64,000 nucleotides of DNA, taken from assembly GCA_046563655.1 (NCBI GenBank), contig CM102283.1, forward strand, positions 2,046,001 to 2,110,000, in the 5' to 3' direction. The position numbers and the translations under genes are program-made. Source of the stretch: Yuukianura sp. NJ FZ-2021 (Eukaryota). The notes under the pieces were generated by a model. That model did no database searches and was not told the origin of the DNA. It worked only from the letters and a program-made list of their open reading frames with translations. Shown piece after piece: positions 53,354 to 64,000 of the stretch; positions within the stretch are counted from its first letter, which is position 1, and each line of letters starts with the position of its first letter.

Positions 53354-55350
53354 TTACGCTAGTTGGCAAATATCAGGCTGCAAATTTGTGTTTTTCGGCG
53401 GGAACTTTCGACGATGTTTGAAATTATGCAGTAAACAGTAGGTAGAGTCAGGTACAGAATTTCTGGGATGGCGGTTAAGATGGTCTCTGGAATGGCACCA
53501 ACTTCGGTAAGCTAGGTTGAGCAGAAGAGTGTAGATCAAAACGACAGTTGACCCAGTTGTTTTGCTTTGTTTGCTTGTTGGATCAATTAGTTGTTCAACT
53601 CTTGACTTGGTTCCGTTTTTGATACAGTACAAGCCATTCTTTATCGGGTCTTTCTAGACAGTGAGAGACAGAATCACAAAAGGTTCAGCACACCATAAGT
53701 TCAAACAACATTCGTTCAACAAATAAGAAAAAATCTTACGACTGTGGGTAAATCTCCGTAAGTTTCGAGCACACATGTCGATCCTTCAGCACAGTAGTCT
53801 TTTGCACGGTTATATCCACTGTAGAAGAACACTGTTCCATTAGTTGGGACCCTGGAGCAAGGCACCGTGAAATCCAGTTGATACCCATCTGTGTTAGTTT
53901 TGTCTGGAACGCAGACATCACAGGGATGTGAAAATTGAATTGAACAGCTTTGATTGATTAAACTAGTCCCGACTAAGTGGACAGGCTTGTTCCACGGAGA
54001 CGGAATGTACACAGGAGGGGTACAGCCACAGTATGGTTCCATTCCAGGAGAACCCGGGTCAGTGATACAGCTTAAGCCCAGCTGAGTCCGACAAAAGAGT
54101 CTACAAAATAAAGTTGAATCAGAAATTGCAATTTTGAAAACGATATCACACTTACCGCTCCTCTTTTCGGATCGTCTTTACAAAGTTTTTAAATCGTCGA
54201 GGAAATGATATGTACCGGATATAGCCGTCTGAGTTAATTGAAATCAAGTTGAGGTACTGGTTTGTGTAGTAATCCAACTGTGCCTGTCTACGTGTACTTC
54301 GATTTTCTCTTGGTGCTTGAGCAACATCACATGGACCGGATGGTAATGCGTCTCCATTGTCATCGACTAAGCCTCGACGATGCAATATTCTAAACTCTGC
54401 TTCAAAGTCCATCATCATTAGCTCCAGTCTCGGCCAATGGCCATCGGGTTTACACGATCCGTATTTGCAAATTAAGGGGATCGCAGTCGTGGTGGTCGGA
54501 GTAGTTGTCGTCGTCGTAGGACGTTTCGTCGTCGCCCTCCTACGTTTTTTCCTTGTGGTCGCAGTACTCGTCGTTGTCATGTTAGTAGGTGGTGGAAGTG
54601 TCGTCGTCATGTTAGAAGGTGGTGGAGTTGTCGCCGTCATGTTAGCAGGTGGTTGAGGCGTTGTCATGTTAGCAGGTGGTTGAGGCGTTGTCGTCATGTT
54701 AGTAGGTGGTGGTGGAGGTTTCGTCTTCTTCTTACCACGTTTCTTACCACCGCCTTTCTTACCACCACCTTGCTTAGTAGGTGGTGGAGGCGTCGCAGGC
54801 GTCGTCGTCATGTTAATAGGTGGTGGAGGCCTTGTCGTCATGTTAGCAGGTGGTGGAGGTGTTGCCGTCATGTTAGTAGATGGTGGACGCGTCGTCGTCA
54901 TGTTAGTAGGTGGTGATGGAGCTTTCGTCGTCTTCTTACTACCTTTCTTACCACCACCTTTCTTACCACCACCTTTTTTACCACCACCGTTCTTAGTAGG
55001 TGGTGGAGGCGCCGTCATGTTAATAGGTGGTGGAGGTGTTGCCGTCAAGTTAGCAGGTGGTGGAGGTGTTGCCGTCATGTTAGCAGGTGGTGGAGGTGTT
55101 GCCGTCATGTTAGTAGGTTGAGAAGTTGGAAGTGTACTTTACGTCAGCAACACATGGGATACAGCATTCAAAAATCAAAATTCAACTGGTTTTGTATCGT
55201 GGAATAACAACCGTATATATTAGCTGTACAAGTATAAACATACGTCAATCCTTGTCCTTGGATGCCTTCTGGACGATCTCCCATGAAGATCACAGTCAGC
55301 ACAAACATCAATGTCAAAAAGGCCAACCTGTCTGGTGGAATACGGTACAT
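53354..55350 (-). CDS. Secreted mucin-like Pro/Thr-repeat protein with a Cys-rich C-terminal half, 4 exons, about 582 aa; family not recognised; 3' end uncertain
   Basis: Exons 55350-55244, 55136-54156, 54100-53740, 53653-53354 join in frame (1749 nt) through GT-AG introns of 107, 55 and 86 nt. N-terminal hydrophobic segment LAFLTLMFVLTVIFMG. The first acceptor (AAG) is weak. Confidence 0.72.
54560..55120 (-). repeat. Coding tandem repeat: 27-30 nt PPPPxNMTxT units interrupted by 15-nt GGGKK units
   Basis: Recurrent GTCATGTTAG(T/C)AGGTGGTGGAGG and CTTTCTTACCACCAC on the plus strand. Confidence 0.95.
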
Positions 55351-58300
55351 CGTCAAGTGATAGACTTAACCTAAAAACGTAAGTGAAACGCTGTTCTCAA
55401 CGCCACCTAGCTCAATTGCATGCAATTGCATGCCAGACATAAAACTCGTCTAAACGATCGGATGTTATTTTTCGTTTCATTTTCGTTTCGATTCGTTCAC
55501 AGGTAGTTACCAAGGCAACGATTCGTACTACGAAACTCTCCGGAACCGAAAGAACATATAGCAGTACACTTTACCTTAACCTTGTACATAACAGTGCAAG
55601 GGTATACATACACGTTGAGAGAGTTGGATGGAGTAACTTACGTCCAGATTGAAAGAGAATTTTGGAGGGAGTAACTAGCGAATTTCGGATAGAGTTGGAA
55701 GGAGTAACTATAGGTCCAGATTGAAAAAGAAAATTGGGACCATCGTTTTCATCTTCTTTTCAATGTCCAAATGGAAGAAGTCTCCATCCAGTATTTTCTC
55801 ATCCAAAACGTTAAGACACAACTAACGTAAGGGGCAGGAGTTAAAATAAATAGACCCTGACACGTTTCATTTCGTTTCTTCCCGCGTGCTCGATTTTGCT
55901 TTTTCCACTTTCACTTCCACTCATTTTAGCCTCCTTAACTCAAATCTGGATGGATCCAATTCATCTAGTTGTCTAGAAATCGGACAAGCATCTTCATCCC
56001 TCATCCAGCATCTTCAATCACTCACAATCAAGGCACAAGATGACTTGACCTTTGACCCTAATTGACTTTTGTTACTCTTCCCGCCATGAGTTTTAGAAAC
56101 AATCATGCCCGGCTTATAAGAACTTACGTTAACTTAAATCTAACCTAAGAACTTTCAAGTTTTATCAAATATGACGTTCCTACGATAATTTTTCAAAATT
56201 ATTTTCAAAAATTGTGCATTTAAAGTTGGCCAGAAATTCAAAATTTTTGAAAACAGCCCTCAAGCATACTGTGAGCGAAGGAGAAAGATGAAAGTTTTAT
56301 TTTGGATTAGAAAATTTTTCACTCTTGTTTTTTTTTTAAACTGAATTCATTTGGTTTTATTTGAACTTGGGAGGAGTGTTTGTAAGGCGTAAATGACTTG
56401 ATCACACTCTACCCAAAGAAAAAGTGTAAAAAGCGCGGGAAATTTGAAAAGCAAAAGGAAATATGGCGAGAGTGTTCAGAGTTCGGAGGTAAATGGGTCT
56501 GCCCTCTCCTTATGTAAATGAAATTGAACCCTCGGCTTCATTTAAAACTCCCGCACTTATTTCAAATATCCCGCCAACCTCTCAAGCCTACTTCCCCAGA
56601 GAACAAAGAAAGTGCTTCAACTTTCGTCTTTCCCAAACCTAAAATCCTTTTGACTACGTTCCAGTTCACTCTAGTTTTTATTTTACGAGGTGTGAAATTG
56701 TTCTTAGGCTTCAAATTGGTCCTGAATTACCACCACTTCATTTTTCACACCTCCCGCCTCCTGTTAACCGATAGACTTTACTTAAAGTGGAGCAACACAG
56801 ATGAATCCATTTCAGTTTTAAATGCTACGTGCGCTTTTTCAGCGGATTTTAAAGATTGCGAAATGGAAAATACTGGAAAGTTTATTGACCGTGCAGGATT
56901 GGAACATCAAAACGTTTTTAGTTAAAATGGCTGAAAACAGACGTTGAGATTTTTATTAAAAGGCGGGAATTTAAAAAGAAATGTCATCTAAAAATTTTAG
57001 TCTTGTTTTTTTTATAAAAGTACTAAAAATTATTGACTTACTGTTTTTCTCAAAGGGCTAAAAGTTACAAATACGAGATGCAATAACACTTGTCGTGCTG
57101 GCGCTAAAACGAGAGAAATTTAAAAACGGATTTTAGATATTAGCCGAACGCATTTTGAAAAAGTTGAATTTTTATTAGAACGTTTTTTGATTTCAAGTTC
57201 CTATATTTTAAGTTATGCTTAAGAATTGTTATTTTTCAAAAGTGTGCAAATTTCTGATTTTCTTTCCATTTTGTTTAACATTCGCGCTTTTTCTAGTTTT
57301 TGCTTGTAAATTGAACGTTTCTCGTTGTGTAAAGTAGCACGTTCTGTTTTGCTCAAATTAGTGCGTCCGAGTAGAGCGTCAAGCCTTGCTCACACAGTTC
57401 AGCCATGTACTTACTGCGATCATCTTGGATAAGCGCCTTCAACTTGGATCGACGGCACTAAAAAAAATTCGGGAAATTCAAAATTTCCAAAATTTTCAAA
57501 ATTTGAAAATTTCGTGTTTAGAACTTTTGATTTTTCTTGAAAATGTACCTGCAGTGTTTGAAGACGAGCCGACTCCATCTGTTTTTGAACTTTGCGAAGA
57601 GACACGAAAGGGCCGTTGAGATGCGTGCGCACGTCAACGGCGTACGGTGGATTGCACGGTCCCACTTCAGCAGTACTCTTCTTACTAAAAAAAAAAAACA
57701 GTTCCAAAATTGAGTAATTTCAAAATATTTCAACTTGAGTAACTCGACAAACACTTCAAGTTGAGTAATTTGAAATAAAGAAATTTGAGTAGTACTCTAG
57801 TTACTATTTTCGACATGTCTCAAGCTGAGTAGTTAATTTCATCAATTAAATTACTTTAGGTTAAGCTTTAGCTTCAGCTTATGAAGAAAAAAAAAGAGCC
57901 GGAAAAGGGCGGGAAATTAAAGTTATTTTTTTTTTCAGTTTATAGAACATAAGGGGCCCACTTTCATTACTTAACTGCTCAAAAAAAAGTTAGCCGTCCT
58001 GTTTTGTCTTCTATTCTCGTTTTTTTTTTTCGTTTTTTTCATTTTTTTTTTGAGTAGAGGAAGTTGTTTTTGTTGAGAGAGAAAGCAGGAGAAAGTGGGT
58101 GAATGGACCAATTGATTCCCCAGAGGGGCCAAGGTGGAAGCAATCCACGTTAACGTTAAGGACGAGTGTGCTTCAGAGACTCACTTTCATTCAATGTGTA
58201 CACAACACAAACATAACTTTCTCTTTCCTTACTTTCTTTTCCAGGAATAACTTGTTTTTGAAAAAAAAAACTTCTTTTTTTTTGTGAAAAACTGAAATGA

Positions 58301-59997
58301 TGAAGTCATTTCGGCTTTATTTTCGCAAGAAAGTCAAACAAACTACAAAAATGGACGAAAAGAAAATCCAGCTCAAGTTCGTTCACTTTGAACCAGTTCA
58401 TTAAAAGCGGCTTTTCTTGATAATTTGAATTTTACTACTAAAGAAATTTGTAATTCCTAATTAGAAGTTTTTAGAAATGTTTTTCAGAATCGTTTTTTAT
58501 GTTTTTGAATTTGAAAAATGTTTTTGAAACTAGGTAGACGGAAAATGGAATGGAAAAATTATCAGTTTGAGCTTACTAGTTCCGAATACTGGCGGCAATC
58601 TCCATTGGCGGCATTCCGAGGTGGTCCATTTTGAAATTCAAAAATGGCTCCAAAAACAGTTTTCGAAATTCAAACTTTTCGAATTGTTTTATTTAAAAAC
58701 TCGGGACAGCTACAAGCAGAGATGACAAGAAGCAGACGACAGCAGCAGCAAAATGGAAACACAACTGGCAGCAGCGCCCTCTGCAAGTTTTTTGTACAAA
58801 AATTACGGGAGGGAAGTTTGAATTTGTACAAAGACTAAGTTTTGGTTTCCATGGTAACAACTTAAAAAATTTTCAGGATCACGTTTCTTTTTTTTAAATA
58901 TAGTTTTTCGGAATTGTTTCTCACCCCACCCGCACCCCCGTCTATACACCCCCCATCCCCAGTGCGTTAAAAGTTATAGCGCAATTTTTTTTAAAAGTTT
59001 CAAAAATTGCTTACTGTTAGTACTTACAGCATGTTTTCAAAATTACGACCGAAGTTGAAAAGAAGTCATTTTCAAAAAAACAGAACCGAGTCCAAGTACC
59101 CCCCACTTCTATAAGAAAAAGGGGGGCCCTTGAAATTTCAAAGTTTTTGAAAAAGGAAGAAGAGGGGGAGGGCGTGAAAGTGTGAATTATGAATTCTAAA
59201 AGAAAACGAAGAGTTTCGATTTCCAGTGAAATGGCTAAAGTTTGGAGATTATTTTTCAATGCCTTTGGACTTTGGTGGGGCCCTTCAAAATCAATGCCAA
59301 GAGAGAGGGCGGGGCGGGGTGGGGTTGTGTAAAAACCAAATGAAAAGTTAAGCTACCACCGCTGCTTTGCTTTCCAATGTCCACGACAAAAAAAAACTTC
59401 AACCGTAAAAAGAAAACTCCCGTCTTTTCAAGATTTTTTTTTCATTTTGAGTGTCAAACTTTAAATTTTGTTTCAAATCCGCTGAGTTCTGACCATAACT
59501 AAATAAAAAGTCGGCTTCAAGTTCAATCACTTTCTCCATCGTCTTTTATAACTTTTTTTTTAATTTTTCAAAATTTTTCAAAAGATGGCGCCAACTTTCC
59601 TTTGCCGCATTTCTTCAAAGGTTATAATTATACTTATTATAAATAATACATTTGTATTTGTTCCAAATCATCAAATAATAAGTTCAGTGAAATATTTTCC
59701 TATTGGTTTATTTTTCCCTCCATATTTTCTTGTTCTCACAAAACTTTCTTTACTCTACCAAAAACTTGCCGCCGCCCAGAAGAAAAGTGCCTCGTCCCAT
59801 TTTACCGCTCATTTCCCTCCAAATTAATTACTACACTTTTCGCCTTTGTTTCCCTTCAACTCCAATTCCTTCTCTAAAAGTTTAATTTTTGTTAAGGCTA
59901 AGGGCCCATGGAGCCTTAAGGCCTCTCTCGGAATTCCTTCCATTCGTTGCGCCTGTAAAATTTCAATTTCCAAGGGTCTGTTGAGGTCAAAGTCTTC

Positions 59998-60341
59998 GGT
60001 TGCGGTAAACCAAAACAGCATTGGATGTAACCACTATAATCAGTGTAACAGTAACCACCCGTTGCTGCTATATTTGTAACCACAAATAGTTACAATAAGC
60101 TAGCCACAATGTTTTTAAGATTATGTAACCACCGGGTGGTTACTACAGTAAATGATAACTATAAAATTGTTAGGCTAATTGTTTTAAATGATGTAACCAC
60201 GGCATAGTAATCTTAAAATTTTTAGTTTTTATTTAAATCCATGTAACTACTTTATTGTAATATTGTTACATTCACCGAATTGCAAATACAAGTGGTTACA
60301 CTGGGTGGTTACAACGAATGCAGCTTTGGTTTATTTCAACC
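59998..60341. mobile_element. MITE-like element with imperfect ~37-bp TIRs and internal TGTAACCAC repeats
   Basis: Left GGTTGCGGTAAACCAAAACAGCATTGGATGTAACCAC versus reverse complement of right end GGTTGAAATAAACCAAAGCTGCATTCGTTGTAACCAC. Confidence 0.65.
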
Positions 60342-61204
60342 AATTCTTTTCCAAGGCCCCCCTGGCAGTGCTTTTAAGTTCGGTATTTTGTTCGACTAAG
60401 AAGGGAAACCATATACTCATCATAAATAGTCTCACGGGGGCCCTGCGTGCCAAATCATGAAGGGCCCTTAAGAATTTAAATTTTCAAAAAATAAATGTCA
60501 TACTGTTCCACTTTGACAATAAAGTTATAAACGTTTTCACACCTGCCGAACAAAAGAAACCGTCTTTTGGACAAAGTGCTTTTTGAAATGTAGTACTGCC
60601 CGCTTGAGGCCTTCAAAAACTGAGGCCAAGGCCCTGGGGCCCTTGAACCGAAAGTCCAGTAGCTGGGTTGCTTAACGGCTGTTTCTGTAATAAAATCTGG
60701 ATGTTTTTTAAGTGGTGACATTTCCCTTAATCCTAATGGCTTAAATTCTGGAATGACGAGATTCCTGAAGATGAAGGGCCCCCTTTGTGACATTGTGGGG
60801 GCCCTTGAAATCCAACATCTGCCGATGTGCAGATGAGACTACGGGGGGATCTGAAGGGGTTTCGATGAACCCGGGAGACAATGGTGGTCATTGTATATAT
60901 TCTAAATATAGGTTTACATCTGATTAATATGATGAGCTCGCAAGATACTGCTCCTTTAATTGACAAACATCACATGCTCTTCAGCCAAGAATCAGCATCC
61001 ATCCATAGCTGAAATAAACCGGTTGTAAACCGCACATAAAAAAGTAGCTTTAGCGTTTAGGTGTTTTTTTTAAACAAACAGGACTAATCAGGCCCCAGTG
61101 GAAGTGGGGGCGGGTGCGGGTCCCCCCAGTTTCCCGCACCCCCCTCCCGGGGGAGTGGGGGTGTTTCGCCCACTTTCCCGCCACCCGAGGGGGAGTGCGG
61201 CAGT

Positions 61205-61513
61205 TGTTAGAAATTAAGGTTAATTTTAATTATGGATTTTAAGTTAAAAACCAGCGCCAGATTTGTTTTGTTATTTTTGAGAAAGAGGCGCTCGATTTGA
61301 AATGGCGTTTTTTCCTGGCGTGTCTTTGAATTGGAATTTTGTGTGTTAAGATTTTTAGTAGGATTGTGGATATTAAGAAAAGAAAAAGGAATTTGGTCAA
61401 TTGGTTAAATTTTCAGAATAAGTAAAATAAATGTTTCAAAATCAATTCTCGTGACTGCTTCGGTCCAACGAACGAAAATTACTTCTTCTCGGGGAGAGAT
61501 TAAGGATTTAACA
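61205..61513 (+). repeat. Putative 5' LTR (309 bp)
   Basis: Begins TGTTA and ends TAACA; contains AATAAA near 61426; ends 3 nt before TGG. The second LTR is outside the window, so the 5' boundary is inferred. Confidence 0.7.
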
Positions 61514-61516
61514 AAT

Positions 61517-61534
61517 TGGTGACCCTGGCCGGAC
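61517..61534 (+). other. Primer binding site of the LTR element
   Basis: TGGTGACCCTGGCCGGAC directly after the LTR end; TGG is complementary to tRNA CCA. Primer tRNA not firmly identified. Confidence 0.65.
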
Positions 61535-61730
61535 CAGAAGCGGGTATTCACGGAATCGATCGAAACTGACGGACACTTGGAAATCACAGGCTCATCGATT
61601 ACATTGAAGACTCGACCAACTGTTTACGTCGAGGTCTGTCCTCACCGGACGAGGACTGAAATCGGTGAGAATCGTTCCATTTGTCGATTGCTGACTGATT
61701 AGTAACAGGTGGTATTTATTTACCTTAAGG

Positions 61731-64000
61731 ATGACCAAGGAAATGGACAAACTGAAGAAACTCAGAGGGGCCGAACGGGGTATTGTGACGAGGATGATCG
61801 GGACTTTGGAGAATGACTTGAAGGTTAACCCACTTCCAAAACTGAAAATCGAATCAAACCTCCGTGTTTTGAACGTTCACGTTGAAAAACTGGAAGAACT
61901 GGACGAATCGTACAAGTCAGCACTCCTGGATTTGGATTCAACTACAGATGAGGTTTTGAAACTGAAACAGAATCAATCCTGGAGTACACTACGAAGGTAG
62001 CGATGATCAGAGTGCAGGTTGAAGCAGTACTGGAGGTACCAACTGTGCCCGTTGCTCCTGGCGTTACCCAAGGTTCGAGCCGAAGTGGAAGCAGTGGCAG
62101 TTTGGGTGAAATGAACAATGTGAAGTTACCGAAGGCTGAATTAAAGAAGTATTCAGGCGAACTTTCAGAGTGGCTTGACTGGTGGTCATCGTTTGAGAAA
62201 ATTGACCGTGACACAAGGCTCAACGATGCAGACAAGTTCCACTACCTTGACCAGTGTATGACGAAAGGATCGAAAGCGGCTAAACTGATTTTGCGGTATC
62301 CACACACGGCAGAAAATTACAAGAAGGCGGTGGATGCACTGAAGAAACGGTTTGGTGATCCTGATCTACTGTCGCTGATGTATGTGCAGGACTTGATCTC
62401 CATGGTGACTAACAAGAATAAGGACAGATTTGATCTTGCTTCTCACTTTGATACGGTGGAGACAAAAATTCAACATCTGGAATCACTGGGACTTACGGTA
62501 CGGGAGATGACTGTGTTTCTTTACCCCATGGTAGTAGCCAGTCTCCCAGAAGAAACAGTGATCGCCTGGCAACGTAGTACCAACTATGGAAAAGATTGTA
62601 GTGAAGAAGACCCACCACAGACAAGGCTCGACTTTTTGCGGATGTTTCTACAAGAGGAAGTGGAACATGCTGAAAGTCGGGTGGTACTTTGTACCAAGAA
62701 AACAGACACTGGAAGACGACAGACCCGGGGAAGGGAGCAGAGTCAAGAAGATGACATCCCTACAGCAGCCGGTCTTTTTAGTGGTTCTAATTCTTGTGTC
62801 TTTTGTGATAAAGGTCACGCCAGTCAAGACTGTTTCAAGGCACAGAAGATGACTGACGTGGAACGGAAGGACAAGTTGAAAGAAAAGGGAGCGTGTTGGG
62901 CCTGTCTTCGTACCGGTCACTTGCGGGCAAAGTGTACGATCAGCGTCAGATGCTCTAAATGTGGGAAACGTCACTACAAACTGATGTGTAATGGAGACGA
63001 GAAGAAGAAGCCAGTACCAAAGACTGAGTCGACCTCCACTACACAAACCAATCTGAACTGCACGAACGAAGTTCTACTTAAGACTTTGATGGTGAAACTG
63101 GTGAATCCAGTAAATCAGAAAACGAAGAAGGTGAGAGTATTTATTGATGATGGTTCCCAACGTTCCTATATCCTGTCAGGTACTGCAAAGGAGTTGGAGT
63201 TTGAACCAGTCTCGTCTCTCACCATGAACCATCAAGTATTCGGAGGTGGAACTATTCGTGATGTGAAACACGATACGTTTACCGTAACACTCAAGAACAT
63301 GGACGGTTCATTCTCTACTCAGTTCAACGTCATCGACCAAGATCAAATTTGCGGAATTTTGCCTAGAGCAACACAGGGGTCTTGGAAGGCGGAGTTGAAG
63401 AAGAGAGGAATTTCTGTCAATGATGTGGATTCGTCACACCCGGCCAAAGTTGAAGTGCTCCTCGGAGCGGATGTGGTTGGAAGTCTACTTACTGGGAACA
63501 TAGTGAACGTGAAGAGTGGACTTACCGCAATTGAGACTCAGTTTGGTTGGTGTTTAATGGGGCAATCTCATAATGATTTTTCTTTTGTAATCAGGCGACT
63601 GTGATGACTGTTTTGTCAATGGGAGTTTCCAGTGCATCAGTGACTGAACTTTGGAACTTGGATACATTGGGAATTCGTGATCCAATTGAAATTCAGACGA
63701 AAGAAGAACGGGATAAGTTGACATACGACCACTTCATAGAAACTGTACAACGTGATGACAGCGGCCGTTACTCAATTTGTCTCCCGTGGATTGACAGGGA
63801 ACTGAAGATTCCGACAAACAGGCTGGTGGCAGAGAAGAGACTAGAGACTACCACCAGGAAATTGAAGTCGCTTGGGAAGCTGGACGATTATGGTGCGATC
63901 TTCAAAATGTGGGAGAAAGACGGAATCATCTCTCAAATTCGTGATGTTGAAGACGGGGGGAAGGGGAAGATTCATTACTTGCCTCATCGTGCGGTGTTAA
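61731..64000 (+). pseudogene. Bel/Pao gag-pol polyprotein, interrupted by two frameshifts
   Basis: ATG 61731; the frame changes near 61955 and near 63580. Middle segment has KLPKAELKKYSGELSEWLDWWSSF, CVFCDKGHASQDC, CWACLRTGHLRAKC, CSKCGKRHYKLMC; the third frame is open to the window end. Confidence 0.85.

Larger units (their letters stand above)
61205..64000 (+). mobile_element. Bel/Pao LTR retrotransposon, 5' portion (runs off the window)
   Basis: Putative LTR, PBS, then gag with three Cys/His knuckles, an aspartic protease (FIDDGSQRSY...LLGAD...ETQFGW) and pre-RT motifs LWNLDTLGIRDP, GRYSICLPW, HYLPHRAV typical of Bel/Pao. Confidence 0.95.

Noticed and set aside
54357..55121. Plus-strand Gly/Val-rich and Arg/Trp-rich ORFs
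   Set aside because: Antisense shadows of the minus-strand Pro/Thr repeat exon.
60476..61010. Minus-strand ORFs as a possible gene
   Set aside because: No recognisable motifs or consistent splice model; embedded in repeat fragments.

Overview
AT-rich eukaryotic genomic DNA, most likely arthropod (inferred from a Dpr-family gene and an Ala/Pro/Tyr-rich cuticle protein; the species cannot be determined). Most ORFs in the supplied track are spurious. Four spliced protein-coding genes could be rebuilt by hand with phase-consistent GT-AG introns: (1) a 7-exon two-Ig Dpr-family gene on the minus strand (CDS 23317 to 596, 356 aa); (2) a divergent inner-arm dynein light chain DNALI1/p28 (42890-44116, +); (3) a small AAP-rich cuticle protein (44948-45487, +); (4) a secreted Pro/Thr-repeat, Cys-rich protein I cannot assign to a family (55350 to about 53354, -). 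Also present are a tRNA-Val(AAC) gene with a 10-nt canonical-position intron, the 5' part of a Bel/Pao LTR retrotransposon (61205 to window end), several MITE-like elements and degenerate minisatellites. I found no multi-gene novel system that I can support. The best leads are the intron-bearing tRNA-Val, the sequon-repeat glycoprotein gene, and recurring nuclear-receptor and CDE/CHR-like motifs.
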